DNA from: Elusimicrobiota bacterium
Lineage (GTDB): Bacteria; Elusimicrobiota; Elusimicrobia; 2-02-FULL-39-32
Length of the DNA: 64,000 nucleotides
Assembly (NCBI GenBank): GCA_021730935.1
Contig: JAKFYJ010000011.1
Span: 3,401-67,400 of the forward strand
Direction: 5' to 3'
Position 1 is the stretch's first letter, and each line of letters starts with the position of its first letter. The notes below the pieces were generated by a model that saw nothing but the letters and a program-made list of their open reading frames with translations, was not told the origin of the DNA and searched no databases. The position numbers and the translations under genes were made by a program. This document shows, piece after piece, positions 25,713 through 35,081 of the stretch.

Positions 25713-27329
25713 TCAACCGCGGCTCATCGGGGTTTCCGAATGTTTGTCCATTTTCACCCCGACATATCCCGGAATGCCCATTTCGGGAAGATCCAGACCT
25801 TCAACTTCAGCGATGGGGTCCACTCTGTGTCCGATCGTCACATCGATCAGTTTGAACACGATGTAGCCCGCGATGCCGACATAAAGGAAGTTGGCTCCAA
25901 CGCCGATGACCTGGGCGAAGAACTGTGAAGAATCGCCGTAGAAAAGCCCTTTGACTGGGCCTGCAACGCCGTTCCATCCGTCGCCGTAGGATCCGTCAGC
26001 AAAGAGTCCGAGAGCGATGCAGCCCCAGGCGCCGTTCACGCCGTGCACTGCGATGGCTCCCACGGGATCGTCGATCTTGAGGGTGCCTTCAATGAAGAAC
26101 ACCGCTTCCACGACCAGGAGTCCGGAAATGGCGCCGATCAGGCAGGCCACCTGAGAGTTCACGAATGCGCAGGGTGCTGTGATCGCGACCAAGCCGGCCA
26201 AAAGTCCGTTGCACATCATGCTGGGATCAGGTTTCTTGAAGCGGACCAGCCACATCCAGAGGGTTGCGACCAACGCTCCGAAGGATCCGGCCAGCATGGT
26301 GTTGACGGCGACCACGCTCATGCGGAAATCCGTTCCCGCGAGGGTGGATCCGGGGTTGAAGCCGAACCAGCCGAAGGCGAGGATGAAGGTTCCGATGATG
26401 GCCATGGGGATGTTGTGTCCCGGGATGGCGTTGGGCGAGCCGTCTTTGTTATATTTGCCGATTCTGGGGCCGATGATGAGGGCTCCGATCAGGGCGAGGA
26501 CGCCGCCGGTCAAGTGAACCACGGAAGAGCCCGCGAAATCCACATGCCCGTGTCCCAATCCGAAATTCTTGCCGAGCTGAGCCAGCCAGCCGCCGCCCCA
26601 GACCCAGTTACCATAGATGGGATAAAGGATGGTGCCGACGAAGAGCCCGTAAACCATAAACGCGGAGAATTTCCAGCGTTCCGCCATCGATCCTGTGGGG
26701 ATGGTGGCTGTGGTGTCCATGAACACCATCTGGAAGAGGAACATCGCGAAGATGCTCACATCGTATCCGCCGGAAAGGAAGAAGCCTTTCGTGCCGAAAA
26801 GCCCGAAATCCTTGCCGAAGAGGTGGATGGTATATTGGCTGGAATAAATGTCTGTTCCGCCGAGAGTTCCCAGGGCGCCAAGGCCGCCGAACATCAAGCC
26901 ATAACCCGCGATATAGAACCCGATCATGCCGAGCGGATAAATCATGAAGTTCATGGCCATGGTGTGGGACACGTTCTTGGCGCGAGTGAGGCCCGTTTCA
27001 ACCATTGCGAAACCGGCCTGCATGAACATGACGATGAATCCCGTGATGAGGACCCACATCATGTTGATGGCGATTTTGTTGTGGCCGACCTGGTTGGCGA
27101 TCTCGAGGACCGTGGGTTTTCCAGGGGTCGCGGCAGAAATGTCCGAGATGTTTCCCGTGTTCGCCCCCGTGGGGTCCGGCGTCCTTCCCGAAGCCGCGGG
27201 CGCTTCAACAACCAACGCCCCTGTTCCGGGAGCGGCTTGAACGGCCGCATCGTCTGCGTGCACAAAAGGCGCGGAAAGGCCGAGAATCATCGCGGCCAAG
27301 AGCGCCATACATCTTATTTTTTTACTCAT
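25713..27329 (-). CDS. amtB: Ammonium transporter with signal peptide
   Basis: Amt/MEP family: the TM signatures and the conserved His pair are present. The likely start is ATG 27329 with SD GGAGGG. The track ORF extends upstream to a TTG. Confidence 0.9.
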   Translation of the reverse strand: MSKKIRCMALLAAMILGLSAPFVHADDAAVQAAPGTGALVVEAPAASGRTPDPTGANTGNISDISAATPGKPTVLEIANQVGHNKIAINMMWVLITGFIVMFMQAGFAMVETGLTRAKNVSHTMAMNFMIYPLGMIGFYIAGYGLMFGGLGALGTLGGTDIYSSQYTIHLFGKDFGLFGTKGFFLSGGYDVSIFAMFLFQMVFMDTTATIPTGSMAERWKFSAFMVYGLFVGTILYPIYGNWVWGGGWLAQLGKNFGLGHGHVDFAGSSVVHLTGGVLALIGALIIGPRIGKYNKDGSPNAIPGHNIPMAIIGTFILAFGWFGFNPGSTLAGTDFRMSVVAVNTMLAGSFGALVATLWMWLVRFKKPDPSMMCNGLLAGLVAITAPCAFVNSQVACLIGAISGLLVVEAVFFIEGTLKIDDPVGAIAVHGVNGAWGCIALGLFADGSYGDGWNGVAGPVKGLFYGDSSQFFAQVIGVGANFLYVGIAGYIVFKLIDVTIGHRVDPIAEVEGLDLPEMGIPGYVGVKMDKHSETPMSRG

Positions 27330-27365
27330 GTTAGTACCCTCCTTGTGGTTTAGTGTATCTTTGAA

Positions 27366-27417
27366 ATTAAAAAAACCTGACAAAAAATCACAACCCTCCT
27401 TGGCTGTGTTTGTCAGG
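27366..27417 (-). terminator. Terminator-like leader hairpin plus U7 upstream of the amtB SD (candidate attenuator)
   Basis: mRNA sense: CCUGACAAA-CACAGCC-AAGGAG-GGUUGUG-AUUU-UUUGUCAGG-UUUUUUU. A 9-bp outer stem and a 7-bp inner stem with a G-U pair, with an SD-like AAGGAG in the loop. About 35 nt further on comes the real SD and the ATG. Confidence 0.45.
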
Positions 27418-27636
27418 CGCCTTTGCCTTTTCGCGGAATGTCGTCACGTCCTTGTTTCGTGATTCCGGTCTATGTTTTTGGTTTTAAAATAAAAAATCCT
27501 CCTCGGCCGCGTCTGACCTTGGAGGACCTCAATGTCCTTGTGAAAACTGCGTCACAACAATGTGACTGCCAGTATTATATACCAACCGCCCAAAACTTGT
27601 CAAGCATTATTTATATTTTTTTTATATCATCTATGC

Positions 27637-29460
27637 ATGGAACAAAACAACGCCTCCGAAATCATCATGCTTTCAAAGAAAAAATTTCTCGCGGGATGCG
27701 CGGGGGTCTCCTTAATAATTTTGGCCGTCGGCCATTTCTCCCCCATTCCGTCCTGGGTCGTCGCATTCGAAGTCATGGCAGTCATCCTTTCCTTATTCTT
27801 ATTGGGTTCGATGAAATATCAGCTCGATAAAAATGCTCTCACTTATGGCGGAGGCCTCGTCATTTTCGCCACTTTCTGGCAGGGTTGGTGGCCCACATCC
27901 GCTCTCAGGCAATCCGTTCAGGCGGGCGACCATGAATATTTGATCCATTTCTTCGGGCATTATTTCCTCACGCTTCACGGCTGGGACGAGCTCATCCACG
28001 CTGACACCATGCTTTTTATCCTGGGCTTGACCCTCTTCGTTTGCGCCATCGCCCAAACCCGCATCCTCGAATCCGTCAGCTTTGCGGTCCTCAAGAAAAA
28101 CAAAGGCGCTGTGGTCACAACAGTGGCGATTTTGACCGGGATCGTTGCTTTTTCTTCGGGCATTCTGGACGGCGTTTCCATGATCGGCCTCATGATCCGC
28201 ACCCTCGTCATCATCCTTCTTTTGGCCCGGGCCAACGAAGAGGCCATCCTCTTTTCCGTCATGGTGTCCACCATCGTCACCACCGTTTGCGGCATGTGGC
28301 TGGCTTATGGCGAGCCGCCCAACCTCATCATGAAAGCCAACCTCCATCCTTATTTGGACAACGCTTTTTTCCTCCGTTATTGCGTCCCTGCCGCCATCGG
28401 AAGCTATCTCATCGTGTTCTGGAACATCAGCCGGAGGCTGAGCGGCAGAAAAATCGACATGGAGAAGCTGGACATCGTGGACCGGTATACCGCCGATGTT
28501 CGTTTCCTGCAGGCGTCCCGACATGGAGAGGTCTTGACCCCCATTGAATTTTTAGAAGCCCACAAAGATTTGCTCGGCACCCTGTTGGCCCCTGTGGTCA
28601 AACGCCTTCACGCAGGCGAGTCCATGGGCGCGGCCCTCATTCAAGAGAATGTCCCTCAGTCCGCAAGAAAGGAACTTTTGGGCAAGTATGTTTCAGAAGA
28701 CCTTTCTGCCGCACTCGATGAGCACTATGCTCATGTGGTGAAGCAAAACGCGGAACATCTCGGCGCTTCCGAAATCAAAATCAAAAATCTTCTCGAGACC
28801 ATCAGCAAAGACAGATTGAAATGCCAAAAGATCGGCGGTTTGTCTTTTGTTCCTTTCATCGGGCTTTTGGTTTGGCACGGATTTGATCATCATGTCCCCC
28901 TTTTTCTGGCCTCCTTCACGGGTTTTTTCATCGCTTTCGCGGGAATTTTCTCCATCGAGAAAATGAGGAAACTGGCCCTCCGGGAAGCCGTGCATGAATA
29001 TATGGAATATCTTTTTCTGCTCCCCCTCTTCTTTTCCATCACGCTCCTGCAGAAAACAGGTTTTTTTGACCAGCTTTCCGGTCTCCTTCATACGGGAATA
29101 GAAAAATTGGGGGCGTCTCATGTGGCGTATCTGCAGTTTCTGGGCGCGACCTTCCTCTCAGCCATTTTGGACAACAACATTGTTGCGGATTTCACGAGCC
29201 GAGCCCTCCACGGACTGGAATTGGGGACGCTTCACTTGTTTGCCATGGCGCAAATCGCAGGATACGCCGCGGGCGGTTGCTGGACTCACATTGGTTCCGC
29301 TCAGTCTGTCGTGGCCTACTCTTTCATTAAACGCGAAGTGAATGAAAAGTTCACGCCTTTTCAGTGGATCCGGCTGATGACGCCGGTCATTCTGGAGATT
29401 GCCTTGCTTATGACCGTCGTGGTTTACGGCGAGGGGATCCTGCTTCAATACCTGCATTAA
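27637..29460 (+). CDS. Polytopic permease of the ion-transporter (ArsB/NhaD/CitMHS-like) superfamily with a central hydrophilic domain
   Basis: Two hydrophobic halves separated by a ~110-aa hydrophilic loop. Motif ...FLGATFLSAILDNNIVADFTS... The start is uncertain (ATG 27637; the track ORF begins at 27562). Confidence 0.5.
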   Translation: MEQNNASEIIMLSKKKFLAGCAGVSLIILAVGHFSPIPSWVVAFEVMAVILSLFLLGSMKYQLDKNALTYGGGLVIFATFWQGWWPTSALRQSVQAGDHEYLIHFFGHYFLTLHGWDELIHADTMLFILGLTLFVCAIAQTRILESVSFAVLKKNKGAVVTTVAILTGIVAFSSGILDGVSMIGLMIRTLVIILLLARANEEAILFSVMVSTIVTTVCGMWLAYGEPPNLIMKANLHPYLDNAFFLRYCVPAAIGSYLIVFWNISRRLSGRKIDMEKLDIVDRYTADVRFLQASRHGEVLTPIEFLEAHKDLLGTLLAPVVKRLHAGESMGAALIQENVPQSARKELLGKYVSEDLSAALDEHYAHVVKQNAEHLGASEIKIKNLLETISKDRLKCQKIGGLSFVPFIGLLVWHGFDHHVPLFLASFTGFFIAFAGIFSIEKMRKLALREAVHEYMEYLFLLPLFFSITLLQKTGFFDQLSGLLHTGIEKLGASHVAYLQFLGATFLSAILDNNIVADFTSRALHGLELGTLHLFAMAQIAGYAAGGCWTHIGSAQSVVAYSFIKREVNEKFTPFQWIRLMTPVILEIALLMTVVVYGEGILLQYLH

Positions 29461-29607
29461 TCCGGCGGGTAACGCATACTGAGGGCAAAAAAAATCCCCC
29501 GGCTTTATTATGATCAAGCCAAGAGGAATTTAATTTCGAAAGTCGTTTGCCTTACTTCCCTACAACTATACCACCCAAACCCGTTCCTGTCAATAGGAAT
29601 TTATTTT

Positions 29608-30033
29608 TTATGTTTGAGAACGCACTTCGTCGACGAGGCTTTCGACGCGGAGCGATGATTTTTGCGCGATTCTGTCCATGTCTTGGTCAGCGTGCAGAAG
29701 GACAAGGCCGTGTTTTATCGCTTTGAATGCGATGAGCGCGTCCATCGTTTTAACTTTCAGCCCCTTTTTCCTCACAGATTGAGCCCATTTCGCGGCCTCA
29801 AGCCATTCGTCGGGATAAAGAGGGAAAGGGTGAAGGGAAGTCAGATATGTTTTCAGTTTTTGCGCCGCGAAGGGTTCTTTGATTCCGGAAAGAAGTTCAA
29901 AAAGAATGGGAGAACTGATGGCGGCCAAATTTTCACTGACTAATTCCGAGACTCTCTCCCTGACGCTTGCGACCGGCTTGGATCCAAGAGCGAAAAGCCA
30001 GGCGGAGCTGTCGATCAAAACCAGGGGTTTCAA
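29608..30033 (-). CDS. vapC: PIN-domain toxin
   Basis: MKPLVLIDSSAWLFAL... The conserved acidic residues D7, E~45 and D~100 are present. Its start overlaps the stop of the upstream antitoxin. Confidence 0.8.
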   Translation of the reverse strand: MKPLVLIDSSAWLFALGSKPVASVRERVSELVSENLAAISSPILFELLSGIKEPFAAQKLKTYLTSLHPFPLYPDEWLEAAKWAQSVRKKGLKVKTMDALIAFKAIKHGLVLLHADQDMDRIAQKSSLRVESLVDEVRSQT

Positions 30034-30227
30034 GCGCGCCGGAGTTTCAAATCTTTCAGGGAAAAATCCACGCGGAATTCATCAAACTCTCTGACGAACC
30101 GTTTCCTGTGGACATCGGCCAAAAGGTTTCGAAGCCCGCTCTCCAAAACAATTCTCTGGGACTTGAGGCCCGTTTCGCGAATCGCTTTCTTCAGCAGAGT
30201 CCCGTCGATATTTGTGGTGATTTTCAT
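30030..30227 (-). CDS. vapB: Antitoxin of the VapBC module
   Basis: MKITTNIDGTLLKKAIRETGLKSQRIVLESGLRNLLA... is about 65 aa. A strong SD AGGAGGG lies before the ATG at 30227. It overlaps vapC by 4 bp. Confidence 0.6.
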   Translation of the reverse strand: MKITTNIDGTLLKKAIRETGLKSQRIVLESGLRNLLADVHRKRFVREFDEFRVDFSLKDLKLRRA

Positions 30228-30301
30228 GTTCCCTCCTGTATGGCAATGGCTACCATACAAATATATCAGGAATTGGGCAGAACTTCAATAAGGATGAATT
30301 T

Positions 30302-32287
30302 TTATACGCGGATCGGGAGGATCATGAGAGGGATTCCCTGGTGATAGAATTTCCTCTGCATGGCGAAAACCGTGTAGTTGTGGAGGAAGCGGGAGACATA
30401 GGTGTCGTCGGGAAAAACAAGCTGTCCGCCGAAAAAGATGGAGTCCGGGAACTTCTTTAATATTTGAGGCGCCAATTCCGACACTTCTTCCACCACATCA
30501 TTCGCGATGGAGTGAATTCCTTCCGCGTAAAAACCGTTCCGCTTCATGAACTCCACATAGCGTTCGATGTCCTTGATGCAATGTTCTTCAAGTTTTTCCA
30601 CTTCGGCGGATCCTTTGAAGGTCCCGGCGTCCACGATGCCAACCTGCACGAAAACATAATTCTTGAAAGTGTCCTGAAAATGCCGGATGACATTGAAAAG
30701 AGTGTGGAGTCCAAGCCCATTGAACCCATTCACCAGCACGACGGCGGTTTTGGCTTTCGGGTCAGCCACAGGTTGCACCCCTTTGTGAACATGGGGTTCG
30801 AAAGCGGAGCCATAGGTGGAGACCACAAGGCTTTCCAGGCGGCGCAGGGTTTGGAGGGTGTGGTTATAATGCCGTTTGATAAACAGAGAAAGGCCGATCA
30901 GTGTTCCGGTCACGAGCAATGTGATCCAGCCGCCTTCGTGGAATTTGAGGATCGTGACGGAGATCAGGATAAAAAGCGTGAGGATGAGGCCCAGGCCGTT
31001 CACGCCAATCTTTTTGGTCCAGTGCGGAATATTTTTTCCGCGTTCTTCCCACCAGTGTTTGACCATCCCGAGCTGTGAGAGAAAGAAGGTGATGAACACA
31101 TTGATGGAATAAAGCACGACGAGGAAACGGACAGAACCTTTGGACAAAATCATGAGGATTCCGGCGGAAATGCCCATGATGAGGATTCCGTTCATGGACA
31201 CAAAGCGGTCGGAGAGCATGGAAAACCGCGTGGGCGCCCAGCGGTCAAGCGCCATGTTGGAAAGCACTCGGGGACCGTCCAGAAACCCGGCTTGCGCCGC
31301 GACAAACAAGATGGCGGCTTCTGAGAACAAAGTTATAAATATGAAAGTTGTTGCAGTCGTTCCCCCCCATCCCTTGGTCATCTCGTCAAAAAGAACGGCG
31401 TTCAATGTTTTTCCGGGCATCTTTTGCACATTGAAAAGGAGATAGGCCAACATTAACCCGACAACCATGAACGCGAGCGAACTGGCCATATACCTCATGG
31501 TCCGTTTTCCCGTCTGGACTTTGGGTTCGCGGAGCAGAGGAACGCCGTTGGAAACAGCTTCAATTCCTGTGTATGTTCCGGCGCCCAAACTATAGGCCCG
31601 AAGGATCATGACGAACATGCCCAAAAATCCCACTTCCATGCGCGTCGCGTGGACATCGGAGGCGGTTTGAGAAATGACGGCGGGCATGTTGCCCGAATGC
31701 GTAAATAAAGCATAGATCACGGCGAAAGCGTGGGTCAGCACGAAAATTAAAAATACGGGAACAAGCGGAATCACGGATTCCTTGACGCCCCTGAGGTTCA
31801 GGATCGTCAAAAGGATGACGCCCACGATGGCGAAAGTGAGTTTATAGGAAAGATAATGTTCCGGGAAAAAGCTGAACATGGCGTCCGCGCCGCTGGCGAT
31901 GGAGATGGCGATGGTTAAAACATAGTCGATCAGGAGGGCGCAGCCGGAAACCATGCCGGCCGTGGGAGACAACAGTTTGCTCGCGACAAGATATCCACCG
32001 CCGCCGGTTGGGAAGAGCTCGATGATCTGTGAATAACTCGCGCTGATGATAAAAATGGTCGCGGCAGATGCCAGGGCCACGAATATCGCGAGGTGGGTGT
32101 GGCCTCCGAGGGCCAAAAACGCTTCTTCAGGGCCGTAACACGAAGACGAAAGTCCGTCGGCGCCAAGGCCCACCCAGGCCAGGAACGCGATGAGTGAAAG
32201 TTGATGGAAAATGGAGTGGTCTCTCGGGTTGAGTTCGTCTCCGATGACAATTTTTTTTACTTTTTCTGCCGCGGCTTCAATGGTCAT
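30302..32287 (-). CDS. APC-superfamily transporter with a ~200-aa cytoplasmic C-terminal domain (KimA-like architecture)
   Basis: 12 TM segments with an APC-type fold (GGGGYLVASKLLSPTAGMVSGCALLIDYVLTIAISIASG), followed by a soluble C-terminal domain. Confidence 0.65.
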   Translation of the reverse strand: MTIEAAAEKVKKIVIGDELNPRDHSIFHQLSLIAFLAWVGLGADGLSSSCYGPEEAFLALGGHTHLAIFVALASAATIFIISASYSQIIELFPTGGGGYLVASKLLSPTAGMVSGCALLIDYVLTIAISIASGADAMFSFFPEHYLSYKLTFAIVGVILLTILNLRGVKESVIPLVPVFLIFVLTHAFAVIYALFTHSGNMPAVISQTASDVHATRMEVGFLGMFVMILRAYSLGAGTYTGIEAVSNGVPLLREPKVQTGKRTMRYMASSLAFMVVGLMLAYLLFNVQKMPGKTLNAVLFDEMTKGWGGTTATTFIFITLFSEAAILFVAAQAGFLDGPRVLSNMALDRWAPTRFSMLSDRFVSMNGILIMGISAGILMILSKGSVRFLVVLYSINVFITFFLSQLGMVKHWWEERGKNIPHWTKKIGVNGLGLILTLFILISVTILKFHEGGWITLLVTGTLIGLSLFIKRHYNHTLQTLRRLESLVVSTYGSAFEPHVHKGVQPVADPKAKTAVVLVNGFNGLGLHTLFNVIRHFQDTFKNYVFVQVGIVDAGTFKGSAEVEKLEEHCIKDIERYVEFMKRNGFYAEGIHSIANDVVEEVSELAPQILKKFPDSIFFGGQLVFPDDTYVSRFLHNYTVFAMQRKFYHQGIPLMILPIRV

Positions 32288-32315
32288 ATTTATCCTTCGT
32301 TATAAGTATATATAT

Positions 32316-32380
32316 AAAAAACAAAGGCGTTCGATAAATTTTAACATTTCTGTCAAAACCTACGAACGCCTTTGTTCGAT
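32316..32380 (-). terminator. Rho-independent terminator downstream of glnN
   Basis: On the minus strand, a 14-bp stem aacaaaggcgttcg...cgaacgcctttgtt with a ~30-nt loop is followed by TTTTTT. Confidence 0.4.
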
Positions 32381-32409
32381 AGTCTGATTCTAAGGGTTTA
32401 TATCAATCC

Positions 32410-34569
32410 TTATAGGTTGAAGAGCATGTCCGCATAAGTCGGGACAGGCCAGAGACCCTTGGGCATGATCTGTTCCAAAGCGTCAATGTCGGCTCTGAGA
32501 GCGACTTGCGCCGTGAACACACTGTCCCTGAACGCTTCCGCTTTCTTCTCCACATCGCCGATGCCGTTGGCTTTGTCGGTGGCCGCTTCAAGAGCCGAGA
32601 GCTTTTTGCTGGCAGATTTCAGGAGTCCGGAAACGGTGTCCAGGCACTCTTTCTGGACGGAAGAATCCGCGCCGGCTTCTTTGAGGGCGGAGACATCGTT
32701 GGCGAGCTCGCTGGCATAAGCCATGATGGCCGGGATGAACTGCGTCTTGGTCATCTGGATGGCCGCGCGGGCTTCGATGTTGATGTGTTTCGCGTATTGC
32801 TCGAGGTAAATGTCGTATCTGGAATGGAGTTCCCGTTTGGACAGGACGCCGTATTTTTCGAAGAGGCGGACAGCGTCAGCGTTGGCCATGGCGGCATAAG
32901 CTTCGATGGAGGACTTGATGTTGGGGAGTCCTCTCTTGGCCGCTTCTTTCACCCATTCTTCGGAATATCCGTTGCCGTTGAAAACCACGCGGCCGTGCTT
33001 GGCCCAGGTTTCTTTCACGATGGCGGCCACTTCTTTATTTTTATCCTTCGCGCCTTCAAGCCGGGTGGCGATTTCATCAAGCGCTTCGGCGGCGATGGTG
33101 TTGAGCACCGTGTTGGGGCCTGCGATGCTCGCGGAAGAAGGCACCATGCGGAACTCGAACTTGTTGCCGGTGAAGGCAAAAGGCGAGGTGCGGTTTCTGT
33201 CCGTGTTGTCGAGGGGCAGGGCCGGCAGAGAATCCACGCCGATGGTCAGGAACTGCTGTCCCTTGGCCTGGGTGGCTTTGCCTTTGGAAATGTTTTCCAG
33301 GAGCTCGGTCAAGAATGAGCCCATGAAGACGGAAATGATGGCCGGAGGCGCTTCGTTGGCGCCCAAACGGAGGTCGTTGCCGGGGTTGGCGGCGCCCGCG
33401 CGGAGCTTGTCAGCGTGTTTGTCCACGGCTTTGAGCGTGGCGGCCAAGAATGTCAAGAAAACTTCGTTTTCGTGAGGCGTGTGTCCGGGTTCCAGGAGGT
33501 TGATTCCGTCGTCGGTGGCGAGAGACCAGTTGTTGTGTTTGCCGGAGCCGTTCACGCCTGCGAAGGGCTTTTCATAAAGGAGGCAGACGAGCCCGTTTCT
33601 CAAGGCCACTTTCTGCATCGTTTCCATCACGAGCTGGTTGTGGTCTGCCGCGATGTTGGTGGTGGAGAAGATGGGCGCCATTTCGAACTGGGCGGGAGCC
33701 ACTTCGTTGTGCTTGGTCTTGGAGGCGATCCCCATCTTCCAAAGCTCAATGTCGAGCTCTTTCATGAACTTGGAGATGCGGTCTTTGATCGCGCCGAAAT
33801 ATTGGTCTTCGAGTTCCTGGCCCTTGGGGCTGGCGGCTCCGAAGAGGGTGCGTCCGGAAGCGATCAAGTCCGCTCTCTGGTCAAAATAGTCCTTGTCAAT
33901 CAGGAAATATTCCTGCTCGGGTCCGACGGTGGAAGTCACGCGCTTGGAAGATTTGTTGCCCAAGGCGCGGAGCACGCGGAGGGCCTGCTTGGAAACGGCT
34001 TCCATGGAGCGGAGCAAAGGGGTTTTCTTGTCCAACGCTTCTCCAGTGTATGAGCAGAATGCTGTCGGGATCGTGAGAGTCACATCGCCTGCCGCGTCTT
34101 CTTTGAGGAAGGCGGGAGAGGTGCAGTCCCAGGCAGTGTATCCGCGGGCTTCAAAGGTGGCCCGAATGCCGCCGGAAGGGAAGCTGGACGCGTCGGGTTC
34201 GCCCTGGATGAGCTGTTTGCCGGAAAATTCAGCGACGGCGGAACCGTCTTTCTGAGGTGCCAGGAACGAATCGTGTTTTTCAGCGGTCTTTCCGGTCAAG
34301 GGTTGGAACCAGTGGGTATAATGAGTTGCGCCTTTGGCGATGGCCCAGTCTTTCATGGCTTCGGCCACGATGTTGGCCACTTCAGGGGTGAGCTTGGCTT
34401 CTCCCGTCTGGACTTTTTTCATGGCTTCATAAGTCGATTTGGGAAGGACTTTTTTCATCACGCTGTCGTTGAAGACGTTGGATCCGAAAATTTCGGCGAT
34501 GCCGGATTTCTTGCGGGCGGAGCCGTTCACTTCTGCGATTAATTTTTCTACGGATTGTTTGGTTGCCAT
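32410..34569 (-). CDS. glnN: Glutamine synthetase type III
   Basis: 719 aa, a GSIII length. It lies in an operon downstream of amt-glnK. Confidence 0.8.
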   Translation of the reverse strand: MATKQSVEKLIAEVNGSARKKSGIAEIFGSNVFNDSVMKKVLPKSTYEAMKKVQTGEAKLTPEVANIVAEAMKDWAIAKGATHYTHWFQPLTGKTAEKHDSFLAPQKDGSAVAEFSGKQLIQGEPDASSFPSGGIRATFEARGYTAWDCTSPAFLKEDAAGDVTLTIPTAFCSYTGEALDKKTPLLRSMEAVSKQALRVLRALGNKSSKRVTSTVGPEQEYFLIDKDYFDQRADLIASGRTLFGAASPKGQELEDQYFGAIKDRISKFMKELDIELWKMGIASKTKHNEVAPAQFEMAPIFSTTNIAADHNQLVMETMQKVALRNGLVCLLYEKPFAGVNGSGKHNNWSLATDDGINLLEPGHTPHENEVFLTFLAATLKAVDKHADKLRAGAANPGNDLRLGANEAPPAIISVFMGSFLTELLENISKGKATQAKGQQFLTIGVDSLPALPLDNTDRNRTSPFAFTGNKFEFRMVPSSASIAGPNTVLNTIAAEALDEIATRLEGAKDKNKEVAAIVKETWAKHGRVVFNGNGYSEEWVKEAAKRGLPNIKSSIEAYAAMANADAVRLFEKYGVLSKRELHSRYDIYLEQYAKHINIEARAAIQMTKTQFIPAIMAYASELANDVSALKEAGADSSVQKECLDTVSGLLKSASKKLSALEAATDKANGIGDVEKKAEAFRDSVFTAQVALRADIDALEQIMPKGLWPVPTYADMLFNL

Positions 34570-34715
34570 AATATTTTCCTTTGAATAAAAATTTACTGAC
34601 GCAATGCGCGCGTTAAGAGTTAAAAGTTCATTCGGGCTTCGTTGCCAGATGAGTTCTCAGCTTTGAGGGATGGTTTATTATATCAAAATACCTCCTTTTA
34701 TTTCAATAACCCTGT

Positions 34716-35057
34716 TTATCCAATCGCAATCTCTCCGGTTTCCCCCGAGCTGATGCGCACGCAGTCCTTCATTTCGAAGACGAAGATTTTTCCGTCGCCA
34801 ACCTTGCCTGTTTTTGCGCCTTTCATGATGGCGTCCACGGCGTTTTTGACATAGTCATCATTGACGGCGATTTCCAGCTTGGTTTTCTTGAGCAGGCTTC
34901 CGGCTTCCTTGTGGCTTCTGTAAACTTCGGAAATCCCCTTCTGCCTCCCGCGCCCCATCACGGGAGAGACCGTCATGAGATGGATGCCGGATTCATCGAG
35001 GAGCCGCATCACTTCGTCCAGTTTGTCGGGTTGAATGATCGCAACGATATATTTCAT
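34716..35057 (-). CDS. glnK: Nitrogen regulatory protein P-II (second copy)
   Basis: 113 aa. MKYIVAIIQPDKLDEVMRLLDESGIHLMTVSPVMGRGRQKG... Confidence 0.85.
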   Translation of the reverse strand: MKYIVAIIQPDKLDEVMRLLDESGIHLMTVSPVMGRGRQKGISEVYRSHKEAGSLLKKTKLEIAVNDDYVKNAVDAIMKGAKTGKVGDGKIFVFEMKDCVRISSGETGEIAIG

Positions 35058-35081
35058 AAATTTATCTCCTTTATATAAAAA

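Noticed and set aside
26043-27353. 436-aa plus-strand ORF overlapping amtB
   Set aside because: It is antisense to a bona fide Amt transporter. The translation is His/Asp/Gly/Arg-rich low complexity.
27384-27600. sigma54 (-24/-12 GG-N10-GC) promoter upstream of amtB, and likewise upstream of amt2 and glnN
   Set aside because: I searched by eye for TGGCAC-N5-TTGCW on the correct strand. No convincing match was found, so no call was made.
32506-34053. Plus-strand ORFs (32506..33318, 33415..34053) inside glnN, and similar antisense ORFs in amt2 (35112..35735), polA (19558..20112), ppk1 (46222..46719), the PlcP-like gene (48275..49141), GT28 (50075..50863), the permease (27799..28524) and giant A (41259..42068)
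   Set aside because: All are shadow ORFs opposite well-supported genes in GC-rich DNA.
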